Shown one piece after another: positions 1 to 9,314 of a stretch of 64,000 nucleotides of DNA. Location: positions 593,073 to 657,072 of the forward strand of contig JBMNHC010000001.1 of the NCBI GenBank assembly GCA_050950165.1. The letters run 5' to 3'. Below the pieces are notes generated by a model. That model saw nothing but the letters and a program-made list of their open reading frames with translations. It made no database searches and had not been told where the DNA came from. Within the stretch, counting starts at the first letter, position 1, and each line of letters begins with the position of its first letter. The stretch comes from Candidatus Dojkabacteria bacterium (lineage in GTDB: Bacteria > Patescibacteriota > Dojkabacteria > SC72). The translations under genes were made by a program, and so were the position numbers.

Positions 1-1983
1 TTGGGTGGTGTAAACTACGGTTTTCAAGCTGCTGCTAATGCTTACTTTGGTAAAGATGTTAGTGAATTAACTTTAGCAGAGAGTGCTTTAATAGCTGGCT
101 TGATTCAGAGTCCTGGTACCTACTCTCCTCTTTTTGGTACTAATCCAGATATGGCAAAATCTAGACAAACATATGTTCTTAATCAGATGTTAAAGCACAA
201 AAATTTAACAGGTGTAACTGAGGAGCAGATAGAGCAGGCAAAGAATGAAGAGTTAGTATACAGAACTAGGAGGATAGATATTAAGGCTCCTCACTTTGTA
301 TTCTATGTTAAACAACAGTTAGAGAATGAATTTGGTGTAGATCGTGTAGAGAGAGGTGGATTAAAGGTAAAGACTACGCTTGATTACTCTGTACAAGAGA
401 TTGCAGAAGAGGAAGTTAGAAATGCTATTGCAAAGAAAGGTTTACCATTTAAGGTAAATAACGGAGCTGCTGTAGTTATGAATCCAAATACTGGTGAGGT
501 ATTGGCTATGGTTGGGTCTGTAGATTACTGGAATGTAGATAATCCAAAAGTAGATGGTAATGTTAATGTAACAACTAGTAATAGGCAGGTTGGTTCTTCT
601 GCGAAGCCTTATGTATACCTAGCAGCTTTCTCTAAGAGATACGGTCCATGGACTTTAGCTCCTGATATTAAAATGTCTTTTGGTAATTATAGACCAGATA
701 ACTGGGATAAAACATTTGAGGGGATAGGGACAGCAAGAAGGAACTTAGGAAGGTCTAGAAACTTGCCCTCTGCATATACTCTACAGCTTGTAGGTATAGA
801 TAGTTTCCTTCAGGTTACAGAAAAATTGGGTATTACCACATTAAGGAATAAGGGAGATTACGGTTTAGCTTTGGCATTAGGAGCAGGTGAGATGAAATTA
901 ATTGAGCATACAGCTGCTTTTGGAGTGTTTGCTAATGAGGGAGTAAGAAACGAAACTGTATCGATACTAAAGGTTGAGGATTCTAAAGGTAATGTTCTAA
1001 AAGAGATAGAGGAGTTTAATGGTAAGCAGGTAATAGATGAGAAAGAGATATATTTGCTTAACTATATTATCTGTAATTTAAGTGGAATTGGGGATAGGAT
1101 AGGAGGGTCATACTCTAGGATTAAGGGTGTAAATCTATGTTTTAAAACGGGTACAACTGATGGACCTAAAGATTTAACAACAGTTATGTATCACAAAAAT
1201 CTTGTTGTTGGTGTATGGGCGGGAAATAATGATAATACTGTAACTCCTGGAGCTTGGGGAGTATCACTTCCTCTTCCAATGGCGTACAGTATAGTTAATA
1301 GATTGGCAGATAGATATCCAGTAGAAAGCTTTACACGTCCTTCTGGGATACTTTCTACTGCGGTATGTAAAGATACAGGAGCAGTACCTGCAGAGGGAGT
1401 AGAATGTGAGAAAGAGCCAACAGTATATATTGCAGGTAGACCTCCTCAGATGGATACTAGAGAGGTTGTACCAATATGTACAGCTAATGGTTTAATACCT
1501 ACCAATTTAGCAGCAGCGAGGCAGTATGGATTAGTCACAGACAAGATATATATGACATTCAAGTTAGAAAACCCTATGCAAAGAGAAGCATATCAAACCT
1601 ATTTGATGTCCGAAGAGGGTAGTGTGTATATATTCGAAAAGCCTGCAAGTGGTATATGTCCTCTTCCTTTAGGTCCAGATAATGCACCTGTGGTAGAGGT
1701 AGAGAAACCTGTTGTAAGTGCACAGTTTAAAAAGAATGAAACTATGGAGATTAAGGGTACTGTTAGATATCTAGATGAAATTAAAGAGTTTACAATATCC
1801 ATAGATGGTACTGCTATAGAGGGGGCAACTTTGGTAAATGGAGAGTATTCATTAACATATCCTGTTACTACATTATCTATTGGAAACCATACCCTAGTTA
1901 TATCTGCAAAGGATAAGCACAACAAGGTAGGTAGCAAGAGCGTACCTTTCTCTGTAATACATTCTATTGAACCTCTACCCTAA
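1..1983 (+). CDS. mrcA: Class A penicillin-binding protein (PBP1A), 5'-truncated by the window edge. The end of the glycosyltransferase domain and a full transpeptidase domain are present, plus a C-terminal ~150-aa beta-rich extension.
   Basis: The translation starts mid-domain (GGVNYGFQAAANAYFGKD...IAGLIQSPGTYSP), which is the GT51 C-terminal region. Transpeptidase motifs SxxK (SSAKP), SxN (SRN) and KTGT are all present. The ORF reaches position 1. Confidence 0.85.
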   Translation: MGGVNYGFQAAANAYFGKDVSELTLAESALIAGLIQSPGTYSPLFGTNPDMAKSRQTYVLNQMLKHKNLTGVTEEQIEQAKNEELVYRTRRIDIKAPHFVFYVKQQLENEFGVDRVERGGLKVKTTLDYSVQEIAEEEVRNAIAKKGLPFKVNNGAAVVMNPNTGEVLAMVGSVDYWNVDNPKVDGNVNVTTSNRQVGSSAKPYVYLAAFSKRYGPWTLAPDIKMSFGNYRPDNWDKTFEGIGTARRNLGRSRNLPSAYTLQLVGIDSFLQVTEKLGITTLRNKGDYGLALALGAGEMKLIEHTAAFGVFANEGVRNETVSILKVEDSKGNVLKEIEEFNGKQVIDEKEIYLLNYIICNLSGIGDRIGGSYSRIKGVNLCFKTGTTDGPKDLTTVMYHKNLVVGVWAGNNDNTVTPGAWGVSLPLPMAYSIVNRLADRYPVESFTRPSGILSTAVCKDTGAVPAEGVECEKEPTVYIAGRPPQMDTREVVPICTANGLIPTNLAAARQYGLVTDKIYMTFKLENPMQREAYQTYLMSEEGSVYIFEKPASGICPLPLGPDNAPVVEVEKPVVSAQFKKNETMEIKGTVRYLDEIKEFTISIDGTAIEGATLVNGEYSLTYPVTTLSIGNHTLVISAKDKHNKVGSKSVPFSVIHSIEPLP

Positions 1984-4446
1984 CTTACCAACTTTTAGAA
2001 TTATCTTTTCTACAATCTTGTTTAGCTCTTTTGTACTCAATGTCTTCTCTTGGTGTTCTACAGATATTCTAATAGTTATATTTTTATTCTCATCATCCTT
2101 GCTATAGATATCTAAGCACTCTATTCTAACAAACCTATTCCTAGTATCTATACTACTAGAAACAATCTTCTCTATCTCTTTGTACTCTATCTTTCGATCT
2201 ACACTTAATGTAATATCTTGTACTATTGCTGGATACTTAGAACTCTGATATCTTACCTTGTTATCTCTCTCTATCTTTACTAATGACTCTAAATCTATCT
2301 CTAAACCTGCTGTAAATGTTGGAAGTTTGAAATTCCTCTTTACCTCATCTGCAAGTTCCCCTACTACTCCTAATATCTTTCCCTTATGTGTAATATATGC
2401 ACTAGACTTTGGATTAAAAGTAGGTATTAAATTCTTTATCCAAGAAGGTAAATCTTCCTGCGAAGTGGTATTAAGAAGTAGATATTCAATATGGTTAATT
2501 TTTAATGTAGTAAATATCTTTTCTAAATATCTCTTTACTTGATAGTAAGGGTTACCATCTATCTTACTCTCTTTTGATGTAAAAAGAAGTGCAAGATTCC
2601 ACTGCTCTTTAGGTAGTTGGAAATTATCCATATTACCCTTCTGATGAGCAATATTAAATTCATAGAGAGCAAAAGTGGGAATATTCCTTTCAATATTTTC
2701 TTGTGCTTTTGATAGCATAGAGGTTAGTAAAGATGTTCTCATTAAAGAAAGTTCTGGTGAGAGAGCATTCTTAATTACAAAAGAAAGATTAGGATCTTGA
2801 TTACTCTTCTTAACTAACTCTACACCAACAAAGCTATATGTATCTATCTCATTTGCTCCACTATTACTTAATATATCTCTTATCTGAGATTTCAAATCTA
2901 CTAGTTTATTTCTCTTAGTTGCAGAAAGCTCTCGTTTAGGAAGTAGAGGTTTAATATTGTTGTACCCATATATTCTTCCAACATCTTCGTGTATATCTTC
3001 AGGTATAGAGATGTCCATTCTAAATGAAGGAATCATGAGACTTATATATTCATCACTACTGTCTGATGTAATCTCTTTATACTCAATATTGGTAAGTATT
3101 GTCAGTATCTCTTCTTTAGATAGATTACTACCTAAATGATTATTTAAAGTAGAGATAGAAAGTGAAATCTTTTTAGGTAGAAGAGGTTCTGGATATATAT
3201 CTATAGTATCGCTAGCGATATTACCTTGAGCCAATTCATTTATTAATTGTGCAGTATATGTAATTATGGCTAAACAGTGATTAGGATCTAGTGCTTTTGT
3301 AAATCTAGTAGAAGCCTCTGTATTTATACCTAAAGACATAGAGCTTTTTCTGATATTGAATCTATCAAAATTTGCACACTCAAGTATGACTCTCTTTGTA
3401 TCTCTATCTATTTCTGTATCTTTCCCCCCTATTATCCCAGCTATTGCAATTGGGTGAGAGCTATCTGCAATAACGAGGGTGTTTGTGTCTAGTTGTACTA
3501 AAGTATTTTCCAATGTAGTAATGCTCTCTCCTTCTCTTGCCATTCTAATATTAATCTCTACCTCTTTCTCTCTTCTAATATCTCCATCTTTAACTTTGTC
3601 ATAGTCAAATGCATGCATAGGTTGTCCTGTTAGTATTGCAATGTAGTTAGTAATATCTACAACATTATTGATAGGTTTAATACCACATTTAAGAAGTATG
3701 GATTTTAGCCATATTGGAGAATCAGCTATTTCTACATCATCTATTACTAAACCTACATATCTAGGACATAGAGCTTGAGCACTATTTGTTATTTTAAAAG
3801 GTAGCTTAGAAACAGGTTTAACTAGTGTAGGTTCTTCATCTAAGTACCACTGTGGACTTAAAAAGGGTTTAGATTTAGCTGCAGATATCTCTCTTGCTAG
3901 TCCTAGTATACCGAAAAGGTCTGCTCTGTTAGTAAGAGCTTTGTTTTCTATCTCAACAACAGTGTCATTAAAGTTGTACACTTCTGCAAAAGTCTTACCT
4001 ACCTCTAACTCTTTATCTAATTTTAATACTCTACTATTATCTTGCCCAATATCTAATTCTTTTTCAGAACAGAGCATTCCACTAGAGCGTACACCTCTCA
4101 TCTTTATCTCTTTAATCTCAAATGGTTGTGATGTTGCATATGTAGAAGGAACGATATTGCCAGGTTTAATATATGCAACCTTATCTCCAACCTCTAAAGC
4201 CTTATCTCCTGCTACTACCTGAATCTTATAATCTTGCCCTATTGTTATCTGATATATTGCAAGTTTCTGTGCTTCTGGATGGTCCTTTTTAGAAAGTATT
4301 TCAGCAATGTATATACCCTCATACATCTCATTGTATCTCTTGTATCCCTCTACTTCCCCTATCTTTGTAGAGAGAATCTCTAGAAGTTCTTCTAGGGTAA
4401 TATCTAAATCTGTAAACTCTTTTATACTACTAACAGGTAATTTCAT
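1975..4446 (-). CDS. pheT: Phenylalanine--tRNA ligase beta subunit
   Basis: 823 aa. The N-terminal MKLPVSSIKEF...LEELLEILSTKIGEVEG is typical of PheT. It sits immediately downstream of pheS in the conserved infC-rpmI-rplT-pheST cluster. Confidence 0.9.
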   Translation of the reverse strand: MKLPVSSIKEFTDLDITLEELLEILSTKIGEVEGYKRYNEMYEGIYIAEILSKKDHPEAQKLAIYQITIGQDYKIQVVAGDKALEVGDKVAYIKPGNIVPSTYATSQPFEIKEIKMRGVRSSGMLCSEKELDIGQDNSRVLKLDKELEVGKTFAEVYNFNDTVVEIENKALTNRADLFGILGLAREISAAKSKPFLSPQWYLDEEPTLVKPVSKLPFKITNSAQALCPRYVGLVIDDVEIADSPIWLKSILLKCGIKPINNVVDITNYIAILTGQPMHAFDYDKVKDGDIRREKEVEINIRMAREGESITTLENTLVQLDTNTLVIADSSHPIAIAGIIGGKDTEIDRDTKRVILECANFDRFNIRKSSMSLGINTEASTRFTKALDPNHCLAIITYTAQLINELAQGNIASDTIDIYPEPLLPKKISLSISTLNNHLGSNLSKEEILTILTNIEYKEITSDSSDEYISLMIPSFRMDISIPEDIHEDVGRIYGYNNIKPLLPKRELSATKRNKLVDLKSQIRDILSNSGANEIDTYSFVGVELVKKSNQDPNLSFVIKNALSPELSLMRTSLLTSMLSKAQENIERNIPTFALYEFNIAHQKGNMDNFQLPKEQWNLALLFTSKESKIDGNPYYQVKRYLEKIFTTLKINHIEYLLLNTTSQEDLPSWIKNLIPTFNPKSSAYITHKGKILGVVGELADEVKRNFKLPTFTAGLEIDLESLVKIERDNKVRYQSSKYPAIVQDITLSVDRKIEYKEIEKIVSSSIDTRNRFVRIECLDIYSKDDENKNITIRISVEHQEKTLSTKELNKIVEKIILKVGKLG

Positions 4447-4447
4447 A

Positions 4448-5518
4448 TTAGAACTGTTTCAAGAAGTTAAGGTCTCCATCTCGGAGCTTACGAATATCTG
4501 AGATATTCTTTTTTATCAATGTTAATCTATCTAATCCTACTCCCCATGCAAAACCAGAATATTCTTTAGAATCTATTCCACCTGCTGCTAAAACATTAGG
4601 ATGAATCATTCCACATCCCATTAATTCTATCCATCCACTATGACCACATGTACTACATCCTTTTTTCTTACAGAATGGACAACTAATTACAAATTCAGCA
4701 TCAGGTTCTGTAAATGGAAAGTATGAGGGTTGTATCTTTATATCTAGCTCTGTTTCTAAATATTTTTCTAAGTACTCTTTAATAACTCCCTGCATATGTG
4801 CAAAGGAGATACCTTTATCTACATATATTCCCTCTATCTGATAGAAGGTATGTTCATGGTTTGCATCAGTAGCTTCATTTCTAAAACATCTTCCAGGTAA
4901 CACAACCCTTATGGGTGGAGGTCCGTATCTTCTTAATGCCCTATTTTGCATTGTAGATGTATGGGCAGGTAGTACAAATCCGTCTTCTGTCCAGAAGGTA
5001 TCATACATATCTCTGGCAGGATGACCTTTAGGAAAGTTAAGACTTTCAAACATATGAAAGTCATCATCTAATTGTTTACTCTCCATTATGTCAAAACCCA
5101 TTCTAGAGAATATATCTAAGATGATTTCTAACTCTTGCATTAGAGGATGCTTTGATCCATGTAGGTCTAATATTCTTGGTCTTTTATTCTTATCTGTATT
5201 TATATCAAACGAAGCACTAGGGTCTATATTCTGTTTATCTAAATCTTGAATATCATCGTCATTGTTTTTAAGATTGATATTTTCTTCTATTAATTTTTTA
5301 ATAGCGTTGATTTTCTGTCCATACTCTTTTCTCTTACTAGGATCTATATTCTTGATCTCATTGAAGAGTTCTTTAAGGATACCTTTTTTAGAAAGATATT
5401 TATGTTTAAGCTCTTCTACTGTTAATTTATTGATATCTTGATCTATACTTTTTTGTATCTTTTCAATATCTTTGGACATATATAAAGGATATGACTTTAT
5501 GGTAGAAGTATACAACAT
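4448..5518 (-). CDS. pheS: Phenylalanine--tRNA ligase alpha subunit
   Basis: 356 aa. Class II aaRS motifs are present (FRNEATDANHEHTFYQIEG; GxGLDRL). It is adjacent to pheT. Confidence 0.9.
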   Translation of the reverse strand: MLYTSTIKSYPLYMSKDIEKIQKSIDQDINKLTVEELKHKYLSKKGILKELFNEIKNIDPSKRKEYGQKINAIKKLIEENINLKNNDDDIQDLDKQNIDPSASFDINTDKNKRPRILDLHGSKHPLMQELEIILDIFSRMGFDIMESKQLDDDFHMFESLNFPKGHPARDMYDTFWTEDGFVLPAHTSTMQNRALRRYGPPPIRVVLPGRCFRNEATDANHEHTFYQIEGIYVDKGISFAHMQGVIKEYLEKYLETELDIKIQPSYFPFTEPDAEFVISCPFCKKKGCSTCGHSGWIELMGCGMIHPNVLAAGGIDSKEYSGFAWGVGLDRLTLIKKNISDIRKLRDGDLNFLKQF

Positions 5519-5543
5519 TTAGTTATTTTGAGTAAGGGAGGTT

Positions 5544-5882
5544 TTAGAGAGATTTTACAATGGTACTAAATACCTCTGGATTGTTTACAGCGATATCTGC
5601 TAAAACCTTTCTATTTAGTTGAGAACCTTTCTTATTTAATCTGTTTATGAAATCTTTATATTGTATATTATTATTTTTACATGCTGCATTAATCTTTTGA
5701 ATCCATAGCTTTCTCATCTCTCCTGCTCTCTTTCTCCTATCATTGTATGAGTATTGACCAGCATGCATATATGCCTCATGTGCTACCTTGTATAGCTTGC
5801 TTTTAGTCATTCTGTATCCTTTTGTCTTAGAAAGGATTTTCTTATGTCTTCTTTTTCTTACAATTCCACCTCTTACTCTCAT
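5544..5882 (-). CDS. rplT: 50S ribosomal protein L20
   Basis: 112 aa, MRVRGGIVRKRRHKKIL...KGYRMTKSKLYKVAHEA, a classic L20 N-terminus. Confidence 0.9.
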   Translation of the reverse strand: MRVRGGIVRKRRHKKILSKTKGYRMTKSKLYKVAHEAYMHAGQYSYNDRRKRAGEMRKLWIQKINAACKNNNIQYKDFINRLNKKGSQLNRKVLADIAVNNPEVFSTIVKSL

Positions 5883-5889
5883 ATCTTTA

Positions 5890-6105
5890 CTAGTTTAAGT
5901 TAACGATGATTTTCCTTAAATTCTTCTCTACAGAACTATGTACCAATCCCTTAGAATCTTGTCTACGTTTGGATTTAGAAGACCTTTTTGTTCTTAAGTG
6001 GCCTTGATGACTTTGGTTATACATCATTTTGGCCTTCCTGTTGCCCTTTGGATTGGATAGCCTTATTCTCTTTATTGCTGTTTTGTTTGTTCTTTGACGT
6101 GCCAT
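5890..6105 (-). CDS. rpmI: 50S ribosomal protein L35
   Basis: 71 aa, highly basic (MARQRTNKTAIKRIRLS...HLRTKRSSKSKRRQD). It sits between infC and rplT as in the canonical operon. The 5' end overlaps the infC 3' end by 89 nt in another frame. Confidence 0.7.
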   Translation of the reverse strand: MARQRTNKTAIKRIRLSNPKGNRKAKMMYNQSHQGHLRTKRSSKSKRRQDSKGLVHSSVEKNLRKIIVNLN

Positions 6106-6616
6106 TTTTCTTAAATGTTATTGAAATTCTATTACCTTCACTCTTTAATTCGGGCTCTATAGTACTATATTCAGTGAAATTCGTCAATATATCATTAAAA
6201 ACAGATAGTGCTTGTTCATATGTTTGACGACCTTTTCTCTGTACAGTAATTCTAACAGGGTAGTTTTTTTCTAAGAATTCATGAGCTCTTCTTATCTTAG
6301 TATTTTTATCTCCTTGATCTATGACTGTACTAAATCTAAATTCTTTCTGATCTTTTGCCTTCGTTGCTTTATTCTTTTTCATCTTCTTATTCTGTTCGTA
6401 GATGTATCTAGAGTAATTCATTATTCTACAAACTGGAGGTTGTGATGTTGGACCTACTTCTACTAAATCTAGTTCAGCATCTTGTGCTAATCTAATTGCT
6501 TCCTGTCTGCTTAACTCTCCTAAATTTTTTCCTTCCTGATCTATAACTAATACCTTCTCTGCTCTTATCCACTCGTTTATACGAGTATTATCTCTGTTAG
6601 ATTTTTTAAAATCCAT
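6017..6616 (-). CDS. infC: Translation initiation factor IF-3 with a low-complexity K/N/Q-rich C-terminal tail
   Basis: 199 aa. Both the IF3 N- and C-domains are recognisable (EVRLIDQEG-like VLVIDQEGKNLG; ...PVRITVQRKGRQ...). It lies downstream of thrS. Confidence 0.9.
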   Translation of the reverse strand: MDFKKSNRDNTRINEWIRAEKVLVIDQEGKNLGELSRQEAIRLAQDAELDLVEVGPTSQPPVCRIMNYSRYIYEQNKKMKKNKATKAKDQKEFRFSTVIDQGDKNTKIRRAHEFLEKNYPVRITVQRKGRQTYEQALSVFNDILTNFTEYSTIEPELKSEGNRISITFKKNGTSKNKQNSNKENKAIQSKGQQEGQNDV

Positions 6617-6640
6617 TTAAAAATTTTTAATTTAATTAAT

Positions 6641-8398
6641 TTAAATATGACCTTTCTCTCTTATCTCTTCTTCAAGGTAGTCTATAAACTCTTGTTTTTT
6701 CATCAACCCAATCTCTTTATTCATTCTAGACCTAACTGATACAGTCTCTGTCTCTATCTCCTTCTCTCCCACTATTGCAAGATATGGGATCTTTAGTTTT
6801 TCTGCATCTCTAATCTTGGATTGCATACTTTTAGCTCTATCATCTATCTCAGCTCTAATGTTGGAGTTTTTTAGAGATTGTAATATCTCTCTTGCATAGT
6901 CTAGGTGTTTTTCAGAGATTGGAATTACTACTACTTGATCAGGTGATAACCAGAGAGGGAAATCTCCTCCGTGATGTTCAATTAAAAATGCAAAAAATCT
7001 TTCAAAAGATCCTATCAATGCTCTATGTATTACAAATGGTTCTTTCTCTACTCCATCTGAATCTACATATGTAATATTGAATTTCTCTGGCATATTAAAA
7101 TCTAGTTGGAGTGTAGATACAGAATCTTCCTTACCGAATACATTAACGGCTTGTATATCTATCTTAGGGCCGTAGAATGCAGCATCTCCTGGCATCTCTT
7201 CAAATTCCACCTCTCGTTCTTGTAGTACTCTTCTGAGTGCCTCTTCAGTAATCTCCCACTTCTCAATACTACCTGCATATTTCTCTCGATTCTCATCCTT
7301 ACTGGAGAGAGAGAGTCTAAACTTGTATTTATCAAATCCCACATCTTTGTAGAATGTCTCTAACATATCTAATGTTTCATTTAATACCGAATCTAGTTGT
7401 TCTGGTGTACAGAAAAGGTGAGCATCATTTTGTGTAAATCCTCTTACTCTTTGTAAGCCGTGTAGTTCTCCAGATTTTTCAAACCTGTATACAGTACCAA
7501 ACTCTCCAAGCTTGTATGGTAGGTCTCTATAGCTTTTAGGTTCTAGTTTGTAGACCATAAATGCTGCAGGACAGTTCATAGGTTTAAGGTAGTACTCTTC
7601 TTCTTCAACTTTAATGGGTGAATACATAGATTCTTTGTAAAAGTCTAAGTGTCCTGAAGTTTGAAAAAGCTCTCCCTTATTTATATGTGGTGTTAATATA
7701 TGCTCATATCCATGCTTTCTTTCTAAATCAAGCATATATTCTTCTAATATTCTTCTAATCATATATCCTCTTGGTAGCCAGATGGGTAGACCTTGTCCAA
7801 CCTCAGGTATTATGGCAAACAATTTTAACTGTTTACCTAATCTTCTGTGATTTCTTCTCTCTGCTTCTTCTAATTGAGATAGGTATTCCTTAAGTTCTTC
7901 TTTTGTTTCAAATGTAGTACCATATATTCTAGTTAACATCTTCTTTGTTTCATCGCCTCTCCAGTAAGCACCTGCTGTCTTAAGAAGCTTTATTGGCCCT
8001 ATCTCACCAGTATTTTCTACATGAGGACCTCTACACATATCTACAAACTCATTATCTCCTGTAATGAAGAAACTAACCTGTTCATCAGGTATCTCTTCTA
8101 GAAGTTCTAATTTGTACTCTTGACCGATATTTTTTAAATATTTAATTGCCTCTTTTCGTTTCATAAAGGTTTGAGTAATTTGAAGCTTCCTCTTAATGAT
8201 TTTCTTCATCTCTTCCTCTATCGGTTTTAAATCTTCCTCTTCAAGTGGTTCTACAAACTCAAAATCGTAGTAGAAACCGTTTTCTATAGCTGGCCCTATT
8301 CCCAACTTAGCATCAGGGTAAAGCTTAAGTACTGCTTCTGCCAACACATGTGCTGCAGAGTGTCTCATTTTTTCTAATTTATTAGTATCTTCTTGCAT
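6641..8398 (-). CDS. thrS: Threonine--tRNA ligase (lacks an N-terminal TGS domain)
   Basis: 585 aa. It carries the class II core (RDLPYKLGEFGTVYRFEKSGELHGLQRVRGFTQNDAHLFC) and a C-terminal anticodon-binding domain. Confidence 0.9.
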   Translation of the reverse strand: MQEDTNKLEKMRHSAAHVLAEAVLKLYPDAKLGIGPAIENGFYYDFEFVEPLEEEDLKPIEEEMKKIIKRKLQITQTFMKRKEAIKYLKNIGQEYKLELLEEIPDEQVSFFITGDNEFVDMCRGPHVENTGEIGPIKLLKTAGAYWRGDETKKMLTRIYGTTFETKEELKEYLSQLEEAERRNHRRLGKQLKLFAIIPEVGQGLPIWLPRGYMIRRILEEYMLDLERKHGYEHILTPHINKGELFQTSGHLDFYKESMYSPIKVEEEEYYLKPMNCPAAFMVYKLEPKSYRDLPYKLGEFGTVYRFEKSGELHGLQRVRGFTQNDAHLFCTPEQLDSVLNETLDMLETFYKDVGFDKYKFRLSLSSKDENREKYAGSIEKWEITEEALRRVLQEREVEFEEMPGDAAFYGPKIDIQAVNVFGKEDSVSTLQLDFNMPEKFNITYVDSDGVEKEPFVIHRALIGSFERFFAFLIEHHGGDFPLWLSPDQVVVIPISEKHLDYAREILQSLKNSNIRAEIDDRAKSMQSKIRDAEKLKIPYLAIVGEKEIETETVSVRSRMNKEIGLMKKQEFIDYLEEEIREKGHI

Positions 8399-8563
8399 AT
8401 ATTTAGGTTATTGAAATAAATGGTGTGTGAAAAAGTTTTGTACAAAAGAGAAGTATCATTAAAAAAATACTGTAAAAACAATCTTACTTAAATCTCTTCT
8501 GTTAGTAATGAATTTTGTATACATCTGTAGTATTTTATTCTTTTTCATCTAATTATGCAATCT

Positions 8564-9298
8564 TTACTTAACTACAATGAAAAAAGATATTGAGTTAAGA
8601 CCAAACTCATATGTTTCTACTCTTTTAATATGTTCTAAGGCTAGTGTATCAATGGGGTATCTTCTTGGATGTTTTACTATTAATACACCTTTAAACTTTT
8701 TTGTTTTAGGATCTTTTACACCTGGTAGTAAATATGATGCTTCATTAATTACTTTTTCCATCTTAAAAACTCTTTTTGTATTGTAAAGTTTGTATGGTGG
8801 ATCCATGAATATGACATCGAAGGTTTCATCCTCTTTTATCTTTTTATTTAGATATTCCTCTACCTTAGATTTAATGACTGTTGATTCAGGTAGGAAACCT
8901 GTATGTGCAACATTCTTACTAATTACCTGAAAGGCTTGTTTAGATGCATCTACAAAGGTAACTTCGCTTGCTCCTCTGGAGAGTGCTTCTAGTCCAAAAG
9001 ATCCTGCTCCAGCATAGAGATCTAGTACTTTTTTCTTACTAATATCTTCTCTTAAAAGATCAAATATTCTAACCTTCATTCTGTCTGTTAATGGTCTAGT
9101 AGCTCTAGGTATATCTATATGGAAGTTTTTGGCTTTTCCTCCAGTTATTCTTACCTTTGCATCTATAGTGGGTTCTTTACTTTGTAACCTTTCTCTAAGA
9201 AAAAGATTTTCTCTTTCTTCATATTCTTGCCATGTTTCAACTTTGTGTTTACTTTTTTCTTTTCTTAATTTTTTAGGTGAATCGAATTTTAAGCTCAT
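8564..9298 (-). CDS. rsmD: 16S rRNA (guanine966-N2)-methyltransferase RsmD family, with a Lys-rich N-terminal extension
   Basis: SAM motif LDLYAGAGSFGLEALSRGA and the DPPY motif (VIFMDPPY) are present, together with an RPTxDR-like segment (RPLTDRMKVRIFDLL). Confidence 0.7.
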   Translation of the reverse strand: MSLKFDSPKKLRKEKSKHKVETWQEYEERENLFLRERLQSKEPTIDAKVRITGGKAKNFHIDIPRATRPLTDRMKVRIFDLLREDISKKKVLDLYAGAGSFGLEALSRGASEVTFVDASKQAFQVISKNVAHTGFLPESTVIKSKVEEYLNKKIKEDETFDVIFMDPPYKLYNTKRVFKMEKVINEASYLLPGVKDPKTKKFKGVLIVKHPRRYPIDTLALEHIKRVETYEFGLNSISFFIVVK

Positions 9299-9314
9299 AT
9301 TAGTGCGTATTTTA

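Noticed and set aside
8399-8563. A T-box or other leader riboswitch upstream of thrS
   Set aside because: The region is AT-rich with no T-box consensus (AATTAGGGTGGNACCGCG) and no specifier/antiterminator architecture.
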